Origin: Gammaproteobacteria bacterium
GTDB taxonomy: Bacteria; Pseudomonadota; Gammaproteobacteria; Ga0077536
Assembly: GCA_019747795.1 (NCBI GenBank)
Contig: JAIEQK010000118.1
Location: forward strand, 1-63,160
Reading direction: 5' to 3'
DNA length: 63,160 nucleotides
The translations under genes were made by a program, and so were the position numbers. A model generated the notes under the pieces. That model worked only from the letters and a program-made list of their open reading frames with translations. It was not told the DNA's origin and did no database searches. Each line of letters begins with the position of its first letter. Within the stretch, counting starts at the first letter, position 1. This document shows, piece by piece, positions 18,712-29,657 of this stretch.

Positions 18712-19935
18712 TCATTGTCCGGAAGGGCCGGCCACCACGCCCTGGTCGTGCAGCCGCCCGATGGCGGCGCTGTCCAGGCCGAGGACGTCGGCAAGAATTT
18801 CATCGGTGTGCTGGCCGACGCGCGGCGCCGCGCGCGGCGGCTGGCGTTCCATCTTCGAGAAGTGCATCGGCGTACCGCACACCGGGTAACGGCCGATGCC
18901 GGGCTGCTCGATGGTGCTGAAGATGGGGTTGTCGGGCGAGCAGTCCGGGTCCTGCGTCACCAGTTCCTCCATGGTCTGGTACTTGTCCCAGCAGATGCCG
19001 CACTCGTCGAACACCTTCTTCAGCGCGGTGAAGGGCTGGCTGGCGAACCATGGTTCGAGCAACGCGCAGAGTTCGCGGCGCGCGGTGAAGCGGTCGCCCT
19101 CCAGGTCGAAATCGAGGCCAAGGCGCGCCGCGAGCGCCGTGACTTCGGCGCCGAGGCCGGTGGCCTGGAGCAGGCCCTGCCACTGCTTGGCGCTGACCGC
19201 GATGATCATCACGCGCTCGCCGTCGGCCGAGACGAAGTCGCGGCCGAAGGCGCCGTACAGGTAGTTGCCATTGCGCCCGCGGGTCTCCTTGTTCACGTGC
19301 AGCTCGCCGACGAAGCCGAGATTGCCGACCGCCGCGAGCGCGACGTCGGCCAGCGCGAGCTTGATTTGCTGCCCTTCGCCGGTCAGGCGGCGATGACGCT
19401 CGGCGGCCAGCAGGTCGATGGCGGCGAGATAGGCGGTAGCGATGTCCCAGGCGGGCAGCACGTGGTTCACCGGGCGCGGGTCTTCCTCGGGGCCGGTGAG
19501 ATAGGGGAAGCCGACCTTGGCGTTGACCGTGTAGTCGAGCGCGCTCGAGCCGTGGCGGTCGCCGACGATCTCGTGCTGGATGAGATCCGGGCGCCGCGCG
19601 GCCAGCGTCTCGTAGGCGAGCCAGCCGCGCGCCGGCAGGTTGGTGGAGAAGATGCCGCCGTTCTCGCCCGGCGCGCAGATGAGCTCGGTCACCAGCTCCC
19701 GCCCGGCGGGCGAACGGATGTCGACGGCGATGGAGCGCTTGCCCTTGTTCATCTCCGCCCAGTAGATGCTGACGTCGTCCCGGGTCACCGGCCAGCGGTG
19801 GTAGTCGATGCCGCCGCCCAGTTGATCGAAGCGGATCACGTCGGCGCCGAGCTGCGCGAGCGTCATGCCGCACATCGGCGCGGCGATGAAGGCCGAGCCC
19901 TCGACGATGCGCATGCCCTTCAGGATTGCCTGCAT
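18712..19935 (-). CDS. mct: Mesaconyl-CoA C1-C4 CoA transferase (2-methylfumaryl-CoA isomerase)
   Basis: ILKGMRIVEGSAFIAAP..GMTLAQLGADVIRFD..GGGIDY.RWP, LICAPG..GIF.TN.PARGWL.Y, DYTVN and PVNHVLPAWD closely match the Chloroflexus Mct sequence as I recall it. Confidence 0.82.
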   Translation of the reverse strand: MQAILKGMRIVEGSAFIAAPMCGMTLAQLGADVIRFDQLGGGIDYHRWPVTRDDVSIYWAEMNKGKRSIAVDIRSPAGRELVTELICAPGENGGIFSTNLPARGWLAYETLAARRPDLIQHEIVGDRHGSSALDYTVNAKVGFPYLTGPEEDPRPVNHVLPAWDIATAYLAAIDLLAAERHRRLTGEGQQIKLALADVALAAVGNLGFVGELHVNKETRGRNGNYLYGAFGRDFVSADGERVMIIAVSAKQWQGLLQATGLGAEVTALAARLGLDFDLEGDRFTARRELCALLEPWFASQPFTALKKVFDECGICWDKYQTMEELVTQDPDCSPDNPIFSTIEQPGIGRYPVCGTPMHFSKMERQPPRAAPRVGQHTDEILADVLGLDSAAIGRLHDQGVVAGPSGQ

Positions 19936-19946
19936 GAGAAGTCTCC

Positions 19947-20810
19947 TCAGACCGGCGCGATGCGCGCGCTGCCGTTGTTCAGCACCACCACGTTGCGTTC
20001 CAGCGCCGAGGTGCGGAAATAGGCCATGCCATCCTCGTTCCAGATCTCGGTGCGGAGTGTTTCGCCTGGCAGCACGGGCGAAGAGAAGCGCACGTTCAAG
20101 GTTTGCATGCGGCGCGCGTCGTAGTCGCAGCAGCTCCTGAGGATGGCGTGCATCGCGACGCCGAGCGTGCAGCGACCGTGCAGGATCGGACGCTCGAAGC
20201 CGGCGCCCGTCGCCACCGCCGGATCGGCGTGCAACGGGTTCATGTCACCGCACAGGCGATAGAGCAGCGCCTGGTTGAAATGGGTCGGCAGGTCGCAGAC
20301 CTGGTCGGGCGCGCGCTCGGGGGGCGCCGGCGGCGCGGGACGCGCCTGAGACTTCCCTCCGAAGCCACCGTCGGCGCGTGCCAGGGTGTTGGAGCGCACG
20401 GTGGCGTAGAGCGTGGCGCCGTCGGCGCTGCGCAGTTCTTTCTTCAAGTACACGAAGCAGCCCTTGTCGGCGCCGCGGTCGACCACGTCCTCGATGACCG
20501 TTTCACCGGTGACCGTGCCCGCGCCTGGCAGAGGCTCGTGGATCTCGAGCGACTCCTCCGCGTGCAGCACCTTCTGCCAGGTGAATCCGTACTTCGGATC
20601 GCGCATCCAGAAACCCGGGTAGGCGATCACCAGCGCCAGGGTCGGCAGGGCCTTGAGCGCCGGCTCTTCGTAGACATAGGGCAGTTGCTTCGGATCGGTG
20701 GCGTCCGCGCCGACGCCGACCGCGAGCGCGTAGAGGATGCTGTCCTTGACGCCATAGGTCTCGGTCTGGCGATTGATGACGGTGCCGATGAGCGCGCCGT
20801 GGTTGTGCAT
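19947..20810 (-). CDS. MaoC/hydratase-2 type (R)-enoyl-CoA hydratase (MFE-2-like)
   Basis: ILYALAVG, VLHAEE, hydratase-2 motif YRLCGDMNPLHADP and PILHGRCT. Confidence 0.88.
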   Translation of the reverse strand: MHNHGALIGTVINRQTETYGVKDSILYALAVGVGADATDPKQLPYVYEEPALKALPTLALVIAYPGFWMRDPKYGFTWQKVLHAEESLEIHEPLPGAGTVTGETVIEDVVDRGADKGCFVYLKKELRSADGATLYATVRSNTLARADGGFGGKSQARPAPPAPPERAPDQVCDLPTHFNQALLYRLCGDMNPLHADPAVATGAGFERPILHGRCTLGVAMHAILRSCCDYDARRMQTLNVRFSSPVLPGETLRTEIWNEDGMAYFRTSALERNVVVLNNGSARIAPV

Positions 20811-20878
20811 GTCGAGCCTCGTTGAATCGATGTTCGGCCTGGTGGTGTGTGGGGCAGGGGAGGACGTTTGGTTTGAAT

Positions 20879-20900
20879 GTCGGACTGAAGTCCGACCTAC
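20879..20900 (-). repeat. Solo GTAG REP (same family as 1-228)
   Basis: Reverse complement reads GTAG-GTCGGACT-TC-AGTCCGAC; the flank (ATTCAAAC) resembles ATTGAAAC in the array. Confidence 0.85.
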
Positions 20901-20908
20901 GGTCCGCT

Positions 20909-22579
20909 CTACCCCTTCAAAATCAGCTCTCGCGCCACGACCTTGAGCGCCAGCGTCTCCTCCGCGCCCTCGAAGATCGACAGCACGCGCGCGTCGACGA
21001 AGTAACGACTGACCGCGGTCTCCTCGGAATAGCCCATGCCGCCGTGGATCTGCATGGCCTCACGGGTCACGTACTCAGCGGCGCGGCAGGCGTAGAGCTT
21101 GACCAGGCTCGCTTCCATCTGGCCGCGGCCCTGGTCCATGAGGCGCGCGACTGCGTAGGTCATTTCCTGGCAGGCACGCAGGTTGGCGGCCATGGACACC
21201 AGCTTCGCGCGGGTCAGCTGGTAGTCGGCGAGCGGCTGACCGAACACGCGCCGGTCCTGCGCGTAGCGAAGCGCCGCCTCGAAGGCCGCGCGCATCACGC
21301 CGCAGGCGCGCGCCGCGGTCTGCAGGCGGCCGCCAGCGAAGCCCGCCATGGTGTGGTAGAAGCCCTTGCCGACCGCGTCGGGACCGCCAATGACATTCTC
21401 GGCCGGCACGAACACGTTGTCGAAGAACAGCGTGTAGGAGTGCATGCCGCGATAGCCGATGGTCGGGATGGCCTTGCCGCTCAGCACGCCACCCTCGGGC
21501 TGGCGGTACTCGAAGGCCTTGGCGTCGCTCTCCGGCTTCTCGACCAGGAACAGTGTGAGGCCGCGGTGGCCGGCGGCGGGATCGGGGTCGGTGCGTGCCA
21601 GCACCATCAAGAGTTCAGCCTTGCCGGCGAAGGTGCACCAGGTCTTGGCGCCGTTCAAAAGCCAGCCGCCGTCGGTTGGCGTGGCGCGCAGGCGCACGGC
21701 CGCGACGTCCGAGCCGCAATCGGGCTCGGTGACCGCGATCGCGACCAGCGGCTTGCCGGCGGCGATGCCCGGCAGCCATTTCTTCTTCTGCGGTTCGTGA
21801 TTCCCCGCCATCAAGGCACGCGACAGGATCTCGGGTCGCGTGAGCGGGCTGCCGGCGGCGGCCAGCGAGGCGCGCGAGAGTTCCTCTGTCACCACGCACA
21901 TCGCGAGATTGTCGTGGCCGGACGGTGGCGCGGTGCCGCCGTAGGCCTCAGGGATCGACAGCGCGAAGCAACCCATCTCGATCAATGCCGAGAGGATGTC
22001 GGCCGGAATGTCCAGGTCCTCGCGATGGATGCGCTCGGCCTGGGGCGCGACGATGTCCGAGGCCAACCGCGCGAAACTCGCGGCGATGATCTGCTTGTCT
22101 TCATCCAGCAATGAGCGGCCATGGCCGCCGTGCTCCAGGATCTGGCCGGCGGTGGTCTCGAGGAAAGCAGGGTCCAGGTGCGCCGCGACGAAGGCTTCCG
22201 CCGCCGGGCTCTCGAACGCGCGCCCGACCTCGGCGGCCGTGAGGCCGGTGAGATGGCGAATCTTCTCGAAGCGGCCGCGCAGTCGGGTCAGGATCTCGGC
22301 GACGAAGGCGCCCGCGAGGCGCGCTTCGATGAGGTCTTCACCTTCAGTCGTGGCGCAGGCCGAGGAATAGCCGAGGATGGAGCGCGCGGCATGCAGTTCG
22401 GCGTTGATCATGGCGAACTCGTAGCCCTGCACCTGGCAGTGATCGAGCGCCGCGTTGGCGTCGCCGCTGGCGGACACTTCCGCGCGGGTGTGGGCCAGGG
22501 CGCGCTGGAACAGCGCGCCGAGGTCCTCGAGGACGCCGGGCAGGGCGACGAGCGTCGTCGCCGTGGTCGATGCCGTCAT
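20909..22579 (-). CDS. Acyl-CoA dehydrogenase, (2S)-methylsuccinyl-CoA dehydrogenase (Mcd)-like
   Basis: 556 aa with a ~170-aa N-terminal extension as in Mcd; MCVVTEELSR, TRPEI, GYRGM, RLQTAARA and LSIFEGAEE. Confidence 0.75.
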   Translation of the reverse strand: MTASTTATTLVALPGVLEDLGALFQRALAHTRAEVSASGDANAALDHCQVQGYEFAMINAELHAARSILGYSSACATTEGEDLIEARLAGAFVAEILTRLRGRFEKIRHLTGLTAAEVGRAFESPAAEAFVAAHLDPAFLETTAGQILEHGGHGRSLLDEDKQIIAASFARLASDIVAPQAERIHREDLDIPADILSALIEMGCFALSIPEAYGGTAPPSGHDNLAMCVVTEELSRASLAAAGSPLTRPEILSRALMAGNHEPQKKKWLPGIAAGKPLVAIAVTEPDCGSDVAAVRLRATPTDGGWLLNGAKTWCTFAGKAELLMVLARTDPDPAAGHRGLTLFLVEKPESDAKAFEYRQPEGGVLSGKAIPTIGYRGMHSYTLFFDNVFVPAENVIGGPDAVGKGFYHTMAGFAGGRLQTAARACGVMRAAFEAALRYAQDRRVFGQPLADYQLTRAKLVSMAANLRACQEMTYAVARLMDQGRGQMEASLVKLYACRAAEYVTREAMQIHGGMGYSEETAVSRYFVDARVLSIFEGAEETLALKVVARELILKG

Positions 22580-22595
22580 GCGTGCCGCGTCCCGC

Positions 22596-23507
22596 TCACA
22601 CCGGGTCCCAGGGCCACACGTCCTGCGAGCGATCGAGCGGGTAGAAGTCCGCCTTCAGCGCCGGCATGCAGTGTTCGGCGATGGTCTCCGCGGTCCAGCC
22701 GTCACCGCGATGCATGGAACGCTTCGGCCGGTGCTGGCTCATGAGGAAGATCTCGTTGTTGCGCACCGCGAAGATCTGGCCGGTGACGTCCTTGGCGGCG
22801 TCGGACAGCAGGTAGACCGCCATCGGCGCGATCTTGGCCGGGGTCATCTCCTTCAGGCGCTCGACGCGCTGGCGCTGCGCTTCGTCGGTGATCGGAATGG
22901 TGCCGATCATGCGCGTCCAGGCGAAGGGCGCGATGCAGTTCGAGCGCACGCCGTTGCGGCCGAGATCGAGCGCGATGCTCTTCGACAGCGCGGCGATGCC
23001 GAGCTTGGCGGCGGCGTAGTTGGCCTGACCGAAGTTGCCGATGAGGCCGGAGGTCGAGGTCATGTGCACGAAGGCGCCGGTGTTGCGCTCGCGGAAGTGC
23101 TCGGCGGCGGCGCGGCTCACGTAGAAGGTGCCGTGCAGGTGCACGTCGATCACCGCGTGCCACTCCTCGAGACTCATCTTGTGGAACATGCGGTCGCGCA
23201 GGATGCCGGCGTTGTTGATCACACCGTCGAGCTGGCCGAAGGCCTTGATCGCGTCGGCGATCATCGCCTGCGCGTCTTCCCAGCGCGCGACGCTGCCGAA
23301 GTTGGCGATCGCCTGGCCGCCCATGGCCTCGATTTCACGCACCACTTCCTTGGCCGGTGTGCCCTCGATATCGGTGCCGTCGGTGCTGGCGCCGAGATCG
23401 TTCACCACCACCTTGGCGCCGGCCGCGGCGAGCGCCAGGGAAAAATCGCGGCCGATGCCGCGTCCACCGCCGGTCACGAGGACCACTTTGCCGTCGAGCA
23501 TACCCAT
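22596..23507 (-). CDS. SDR, MFE-2-like 3-hydroxyacyl-CoA dehydrogenase
   Basis: TGGGRGIG, VVVNDLG, NNAGILRD and GNFGQANYAAAK. Confidence 0.9.
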   Translation of the reverse strand: MGMLDGKVVLVTGGGRGIGRDFSLALAAAGAKVVVNDLGASTDGTDIEGTPAKEVVREIEAMGGQAIANFGSVARWEDAQAMIADAIKAFGQLDGVINNAGILRDRMFHKMSLEEWHAVIDVHLHGTFYVSRAAAEHFRERNTGAFVHMTSTSGLIGNFGQANYAAAKLGIAALSKSIALDLGRNGVRSNCIAPFAWTRMIGTIPITDEAQRQRVERLKEMTPAKIAPMAVYLLSDAAKDVTGQIFAVRNNEIFLMSQHRPKRSMHRGDGWTAETIAEHCMPALKADFYPLDRSQDVWPWDPV

Positions 23508-23573
23508 ATTGCACAGTTCTCCTGAGGTTGGTCTTGATGCGATTGCGACGCGGGCGCCGCGTGTTCAGCCGAG

Positions 23574-24434
23574 TTAGTCGAGCATCTCCTCGGCGAGTTG
23601 GTGGAGTTCGTCCTGCACCGCGGCGGTCTCCTTGGCCACCAGCCAGATGATCACCTCGTCGGCGCCGGCAGCGAGGATGCGGTCGCGATCGGCGCGCGTG
23701 CGGCACTGGCCCTCGAGCGTGAAGGGCGCGACGTGCACGCTGGCGCGATCGCGGCCCGCGGCGGCGCAGGCCGCCTCGAGTTCACGACAGCCGGCGGCGA
23801 ACTCGTCCAGCGAAGACATCACCGGGATCCAGCCCTGGCCCCAGGTCACCACGCGCTTGCACACGCGCGGTGAACCGGACGAGCCGAACATCACCGGCGG
23901 GCCGGCCGGGCACTCGGGCTTGGGGTAGGAGCGCAGCGGCGGGAACTTGTAGTAGCGGCCGTCGTGGGACGGCGCATCCTCGGCCCACAGCTTGCGCATC
24001 ACTTCCACGCACTCGCGGGTCTGGGTCCAGCGATGGTCGAAGTCCACGCCCAAGATCTCCGACTCCTCGCGATTCCAGCCGGCGCCGATGCCGAACAGCA
24101 CGCGCCCGTGGCTGTAGTGGTCGACCGAGGCGACCTGCTTGGCGAGCAGGAGCGGATTGTGTTCCGGAACGAGACAGATGCCGCTGCCGAGCAGGATGCG
24201 CTCGGTGGTGGCCGCGGCGCGCGACAGCGCCACCCAGGTGTCCGGCATCTGCCACAGGTAATCGGGCACGTTGCCCGGATCCCCGACATAGTCCGAGGCG
24301 AAGGCCAGCGGCATGATGGCGTGCTCGGGCACCCAGTAGGAATGGAAGCCAAGCGCCTCGGCGGTCTGCGCGACGATGGCCGGATCGGCCCGCCGGTCCG
24401 GCAGGATCTGGAATACGCCGATCTTCGGCTTCAC
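23574..24434 (-). CDS. LLM-class probable F420-dependent oxidoreductase (Rv2161c-like)
   Basis: GTG start at 24434 behind AGGAG; SYWVPEH, PLLLAKQVASVD, GIGAGWNREE and GWIP. Divergent from cofE. Confidence 0.85.
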   Translation of the reverse strand: MKPKIGVFQILPDRRADPAIVAQTAEALGFHSYWVPEHAIMPLAFASDYVGDPGNVPDYLWQMPDTWVALSRAAATTERILLGSGICLVPEHNPLLLAKQVASVDHYSHGRVLFGIGAGWNREESEILGVDFDHRWTQTRECVEVMRKLWAEDAPSHDGRYYKFPPLRSYPKPECPAGPPVMFGSSGSPRVCKRVVTWGQGWIPVMSSLDEFAAGCRELEAACAAAGRDRASVHVAPFTLEGQCRTRADRDRILAAGADEVIIWLVAKETAAVQDELHQLAEEMLD

Positions 24435-24655
24435 GGGCGCTCTCCTGGTGAATGTCGAACCCGGCGACCATGGTGCGGTGCGTTGCGAAGGGTCTCGGGC
24501 AGGGGCCGGATAGTACTCCATCGCCCCACGCTGGAGGTATTGCCCTGCCGGGTGTGGGGCTCGTCGCCGACGCTTGCGCGCGTCGCGTCGATCGCCGTTA
24601 ATTGGCCGCCTCCGTTGCCACCGCGCGACGGCGTCGCAGCAGCCACGGACTCGCC

Positions 24656-25417
24656 ATGCCAAGCATCTCGCTGACCACGCTACCGGGCCTTCCCCTGGTG
24701 AAGAAAGGTGACTCGCTCACCGCGCTGATCCTGCGCGCGGCCGAAGTCCACGGACTGCGCTTCGGTGCCGGCGACGTGGTGGTGGTCGCGCAGAAGATCG
24801 TGTCCAAGGCCGAGGGCCGCCTGGTACCGCTTTCGAGCGTCACGCCGGGCGCGGAAGCGCGCGCGCTCGCCGCCGAGACCGACAAGGATCCGCGCCTCGC
24901 CCAACTCATCCTGGATGAGTGCGCCACGGTGCTGCGCAAGAAGCCGGGTGTGATCATCGTGCGCCATCGGCTCGGCCATGTCGGCGCGAACGCCGGCATC
25001 GATCAGTCCAACGTCGAGCACGAGGGCGGCGAGCATGCGCTCCTGCTGCCGCGCGATCCCGACGCCTCGGCCGCGCGCCTGCAGGCCGAACTGAGCGCGG
25101 CGGCGGGCTGCCATCTCGCCGTCATCATCTGCGACAGCATGAACCGGCCGTGGCGCCTCGGCACCGTGGGCGGCGCCATCGGCTGCGCCGGGCTCGAGGT
25201 GCTGGATGACCGTCGCGGGCAGCACGACATGTTCGGTCGTGAGCTCAAGGTCACCATGATCAACCGCGCCGACTCCATCGCCGCCATGGCCACGCTCCTG
25301 ATGGGGGAATCCATCGAGCGCACGCCGGTGGCGGTGGTGCAGGGCTTCGCGGTGGACGCGCGCCACGGGCGCGCGGCCGACATCATCCGACCGGCGGCGG
25401 ACGATCTCTTCAACTGA
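24656..25417 (+). CDS. cofE: Coenzyme F420-0:L-glutamate ligase (single-domain CofE)
   Basis: PGLPLV..GD, VVAQKIVSKAEGR, ANAGIDQSN, LLPRDPDASA, DSMNRPWRLG and D.FGREL.VT; start at ATG 24656. Confidence 0.93.
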   Translation: MPSISLTTLPGLPLVKKGDSLTALILRAAEVHGLRFGAGDVVVVAQKIVSKAEGRLVPLSSVTPGAEARALAAETDKDPRLAQLILDECATVLRKKPGVIIVRHRLGHVGANAGIDQSNVEHEGGEHALLLPRDPDASAARLQAELSAAAGCHLAVIICDSMNRPWRLGTVGGAIGCAGLEVLDDRRGQHDMFGRELKVTMINRADSIAAMATLLMGESIERTPVAVVQGFAVDARHGRAADIIRPAADDLFN

Positions 25418-25418
25418 G

Positions 25419-26363
25419 ATGGCGCGCTACCTCGCCATCACCGGCGGCGTCGGCGGCGCCAAGCTCGCCCTCGGCCTGACCCATCTGCTCGGTCCCGACG
25501 AGCTTTCGTTCGTGGTCAACACCGGCGACGACTTCGAACACCTCGGACTGCACGTCTGTCCCGATCTCGACACGCTCATGTACACCCTGGGTGGCGTCTC
25601 CAATACGGATACCGGCTGGGGACGCGCAGGCGAGACCTGGCAGTGTCTGGACACGCTGGCGGCGCTCGGCGGCGAGAGCTGGTTTCGGCTCGGCGATCGC
25701 GACCTGGCCGTGCACCTGCAGCGCAGCGCGCGACTGCGCGCGGGCGCGACGCTCAGCACGGTGAGCGCGGAACTGTTCGCCGCCCATGGGATCGCGCACC
25801 GCGCACTACCGATGAGCGACCAGCCGGTGCGTACCCTGGTGCACTGCGACATCGGCACGCTGGCGTTCCAGCACTACTTCGTGCGCGAACGCTGCGCGCC
25901 CCGCGTGAGCGGCTTCAGCTTCGCCGGCGCGGAGCGCGCGAGCCCGGCGCCGGGCGTGCTGGAGGCGCTGGGCGCCCCGGATCTCGCCGGCGTGATCATC
26001 TGTCCGTCGAATCCTTTTCTCAGCATCGACCCGATACTCGCAGTCGGCGGCGTGCGCGCGGCGCTCGCGGCCTGCGCGGCGCCGGTCATCGCGGTGTCAC
26101 CGATAGTCGCTGGCGCGGCGCTCAAGGGACCCACCGCGAAGATCATGGCGGAGCTCTCACTGCCGCAGTCGGCGAGCGCGGTCGCGGCGCATTACGCGGG
26201 CCTGATCGACGGCTTCATTCTCGATGAAACCGACCGCGCGCTGCTGCCGGAATTGGCGAGCGACACGCTGCGTGTGACCTGCGCGCAGAGCGTCATGTCG
26301 ACGCTGGACGATAGGGTCAATCTGGCGCACACTGCGCTCGAATTCCTGCGGGCGTTCCAATAG
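25419..26363 (+). CDS. cofD: 2-phospho-L-lactate transferase (CofD/FbiA)
   Basis: GGVGGAKL, VNTGDD, CPDLDT, WFRLGDRD, PMSD, FQHYFV, PSNPFLSIDPI and KGPTAK. Confidence 0.95.
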   Translation: MARYLAITGGVGGAKLALGLTHLLGPDELSFVVNTGDDFEHLGLHVCPDLDTLMYTLGGVSNTDTGWGRAGETWQCLDTLAALGGESWFRLGDRDLAVHLQRSARLRAGATLSTVSAELFAAHGIAHRALPMSDQPVRTLVHCDIGTLAFQHYFVRERCAPRVSGFSFAGAERASPAPGVLEALGAPDLAGVIICPSNPFLSIDPILAVGGVRAALAACAAPVIAVSPIVAGAALKGPTAKIMAELSLPQSASAVAAHYAGLIDGFILDETDRALLPELASDTLRVTCAQSVMSTLDDRVNLAHTALEFLRAFQ

Positions 26364-26366
26364 ATC

Positions 26367-27068
26367 ATGTGGGTCGTCGTTCCCGTCAAACGGTTCTCCA
26401 ACGCCAAGACGCGTCTCGCACCCTTGCTGTCGGCCGCCGAGCGCGAATCACTGGCGCAGGCGATGCTGAACGACGTGCTGCGCGCGGTGCGCGCGAGCCG
26501 CTTGGCCTCCGGCGTGCTCGTGGTGTCGCGCGAAGTGCGCGCGCGCTACAGCGTGGAGCGCAGCGGCGGCCTGTTCCTGGAAGAGAGCGGCAGCGGCCTG
26601 TCCGCGGCCATCGCCCAGGGCGGGCAGTGGCTCGCGACCCATGGCCAGCGCGGCATGCTGATGATCCCGGGCGACGTGCCGCTGGTGAGCGCCCACGAGA
26701 TCGACGAGGTGCTGGCCGCGCATCGCGCCGCGCCGGCGGTGACCCTGGTGCCGGATCGCGAACACGACGGCACCAACGCGCTCGCGGTGAGTCCGGTGGA
26801 CGCCATCGACTTCGCCTTCGGCCAGGACAGCTATTCCCGGCACCGTGAGGCGGCGCTCGCCGCCGGCATCGTGCCCGACACGCGTTTCCTGCCGGGGCTC
26901 GCGCTGGATCTCGACCATCCCCTCGACCTGCAGACCTTGCTGACGCACGACAGCGAGACCGAGACGCTGGCCTACCTGTGTGACAGCGGCATCGCGCGGC
27001 GCGTGCTGCCGCACCACGTCAGCGCCCGCGATACCAGCGACATCGCCGCCGCCTCGCGACTGCTCTGA
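26367..27068 (+). CDS. cofC: Phospholactate/PEP guanylyltransferase (CofC/FbiD)
   Basis: VPVK...AKTRL, AMLNDV, GDVP, DGTNAL, FGQDS..RH and LDLDHPLDL. Confidence 0.92.
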   Translation: MWVVVPVKRFSNAKTRLAPLLSAAERESLAQAMLNDVLRAVRASRLASGVLVVSREVRARYSVERSGGLFLEESGSGLSAAIAQGGQWLATHGQRGMLMIPGDVPLVSAHEIDEVLAAHRAAPAVTLVPDREHDGTNALAVSPVDAIDFAFGQDSYSRHREAALAAGIVPDTRFLPGLALDLDHPLDLQTLLTHDSETETLAYLCDSGIARRVLPHHVSARDTSDIAAASRLL

Positions 27069-27071
27069 GCC

Positions 27072-29531
<2,460 letters not shown>

Positions 29532-29542
29532 GTCGTCACCGC

Positions 29543-29562
29543 GGGTGCCCTGGGGGGCACCC
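29543..29562 (+). terminator. GC-rich hairpin after fbiC, possible terminator
   Basis: GGGTGCCC-TGGG-GGGCACCC; no U-tract. Confidence 0.4.
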
Positions 29563-29657
29563 TGCCTCTGGAGTCGCATGATATTGATCGTGTACTTCAT
29601 TGATAAAACGATTTAAATTACTGCCAGTAGCTCGGGGTATGGGCTCTTGGGGGACGA

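Noticed and set aside
18712-19935. Autotrophic 3-hydroxypropionate bi-cycle
   Set aside because: Only mct is present. There is no malonyl-CoA reductase, propionyl-CoA synthase or Mcl in the window, and the context is catabolic.
29585-29620. Fur or FNR box upstream of tpsB
   Set aside because: The TTGAT half-sites lack an ATCAA partner, and the match to the Fur inverted repeat is poor.
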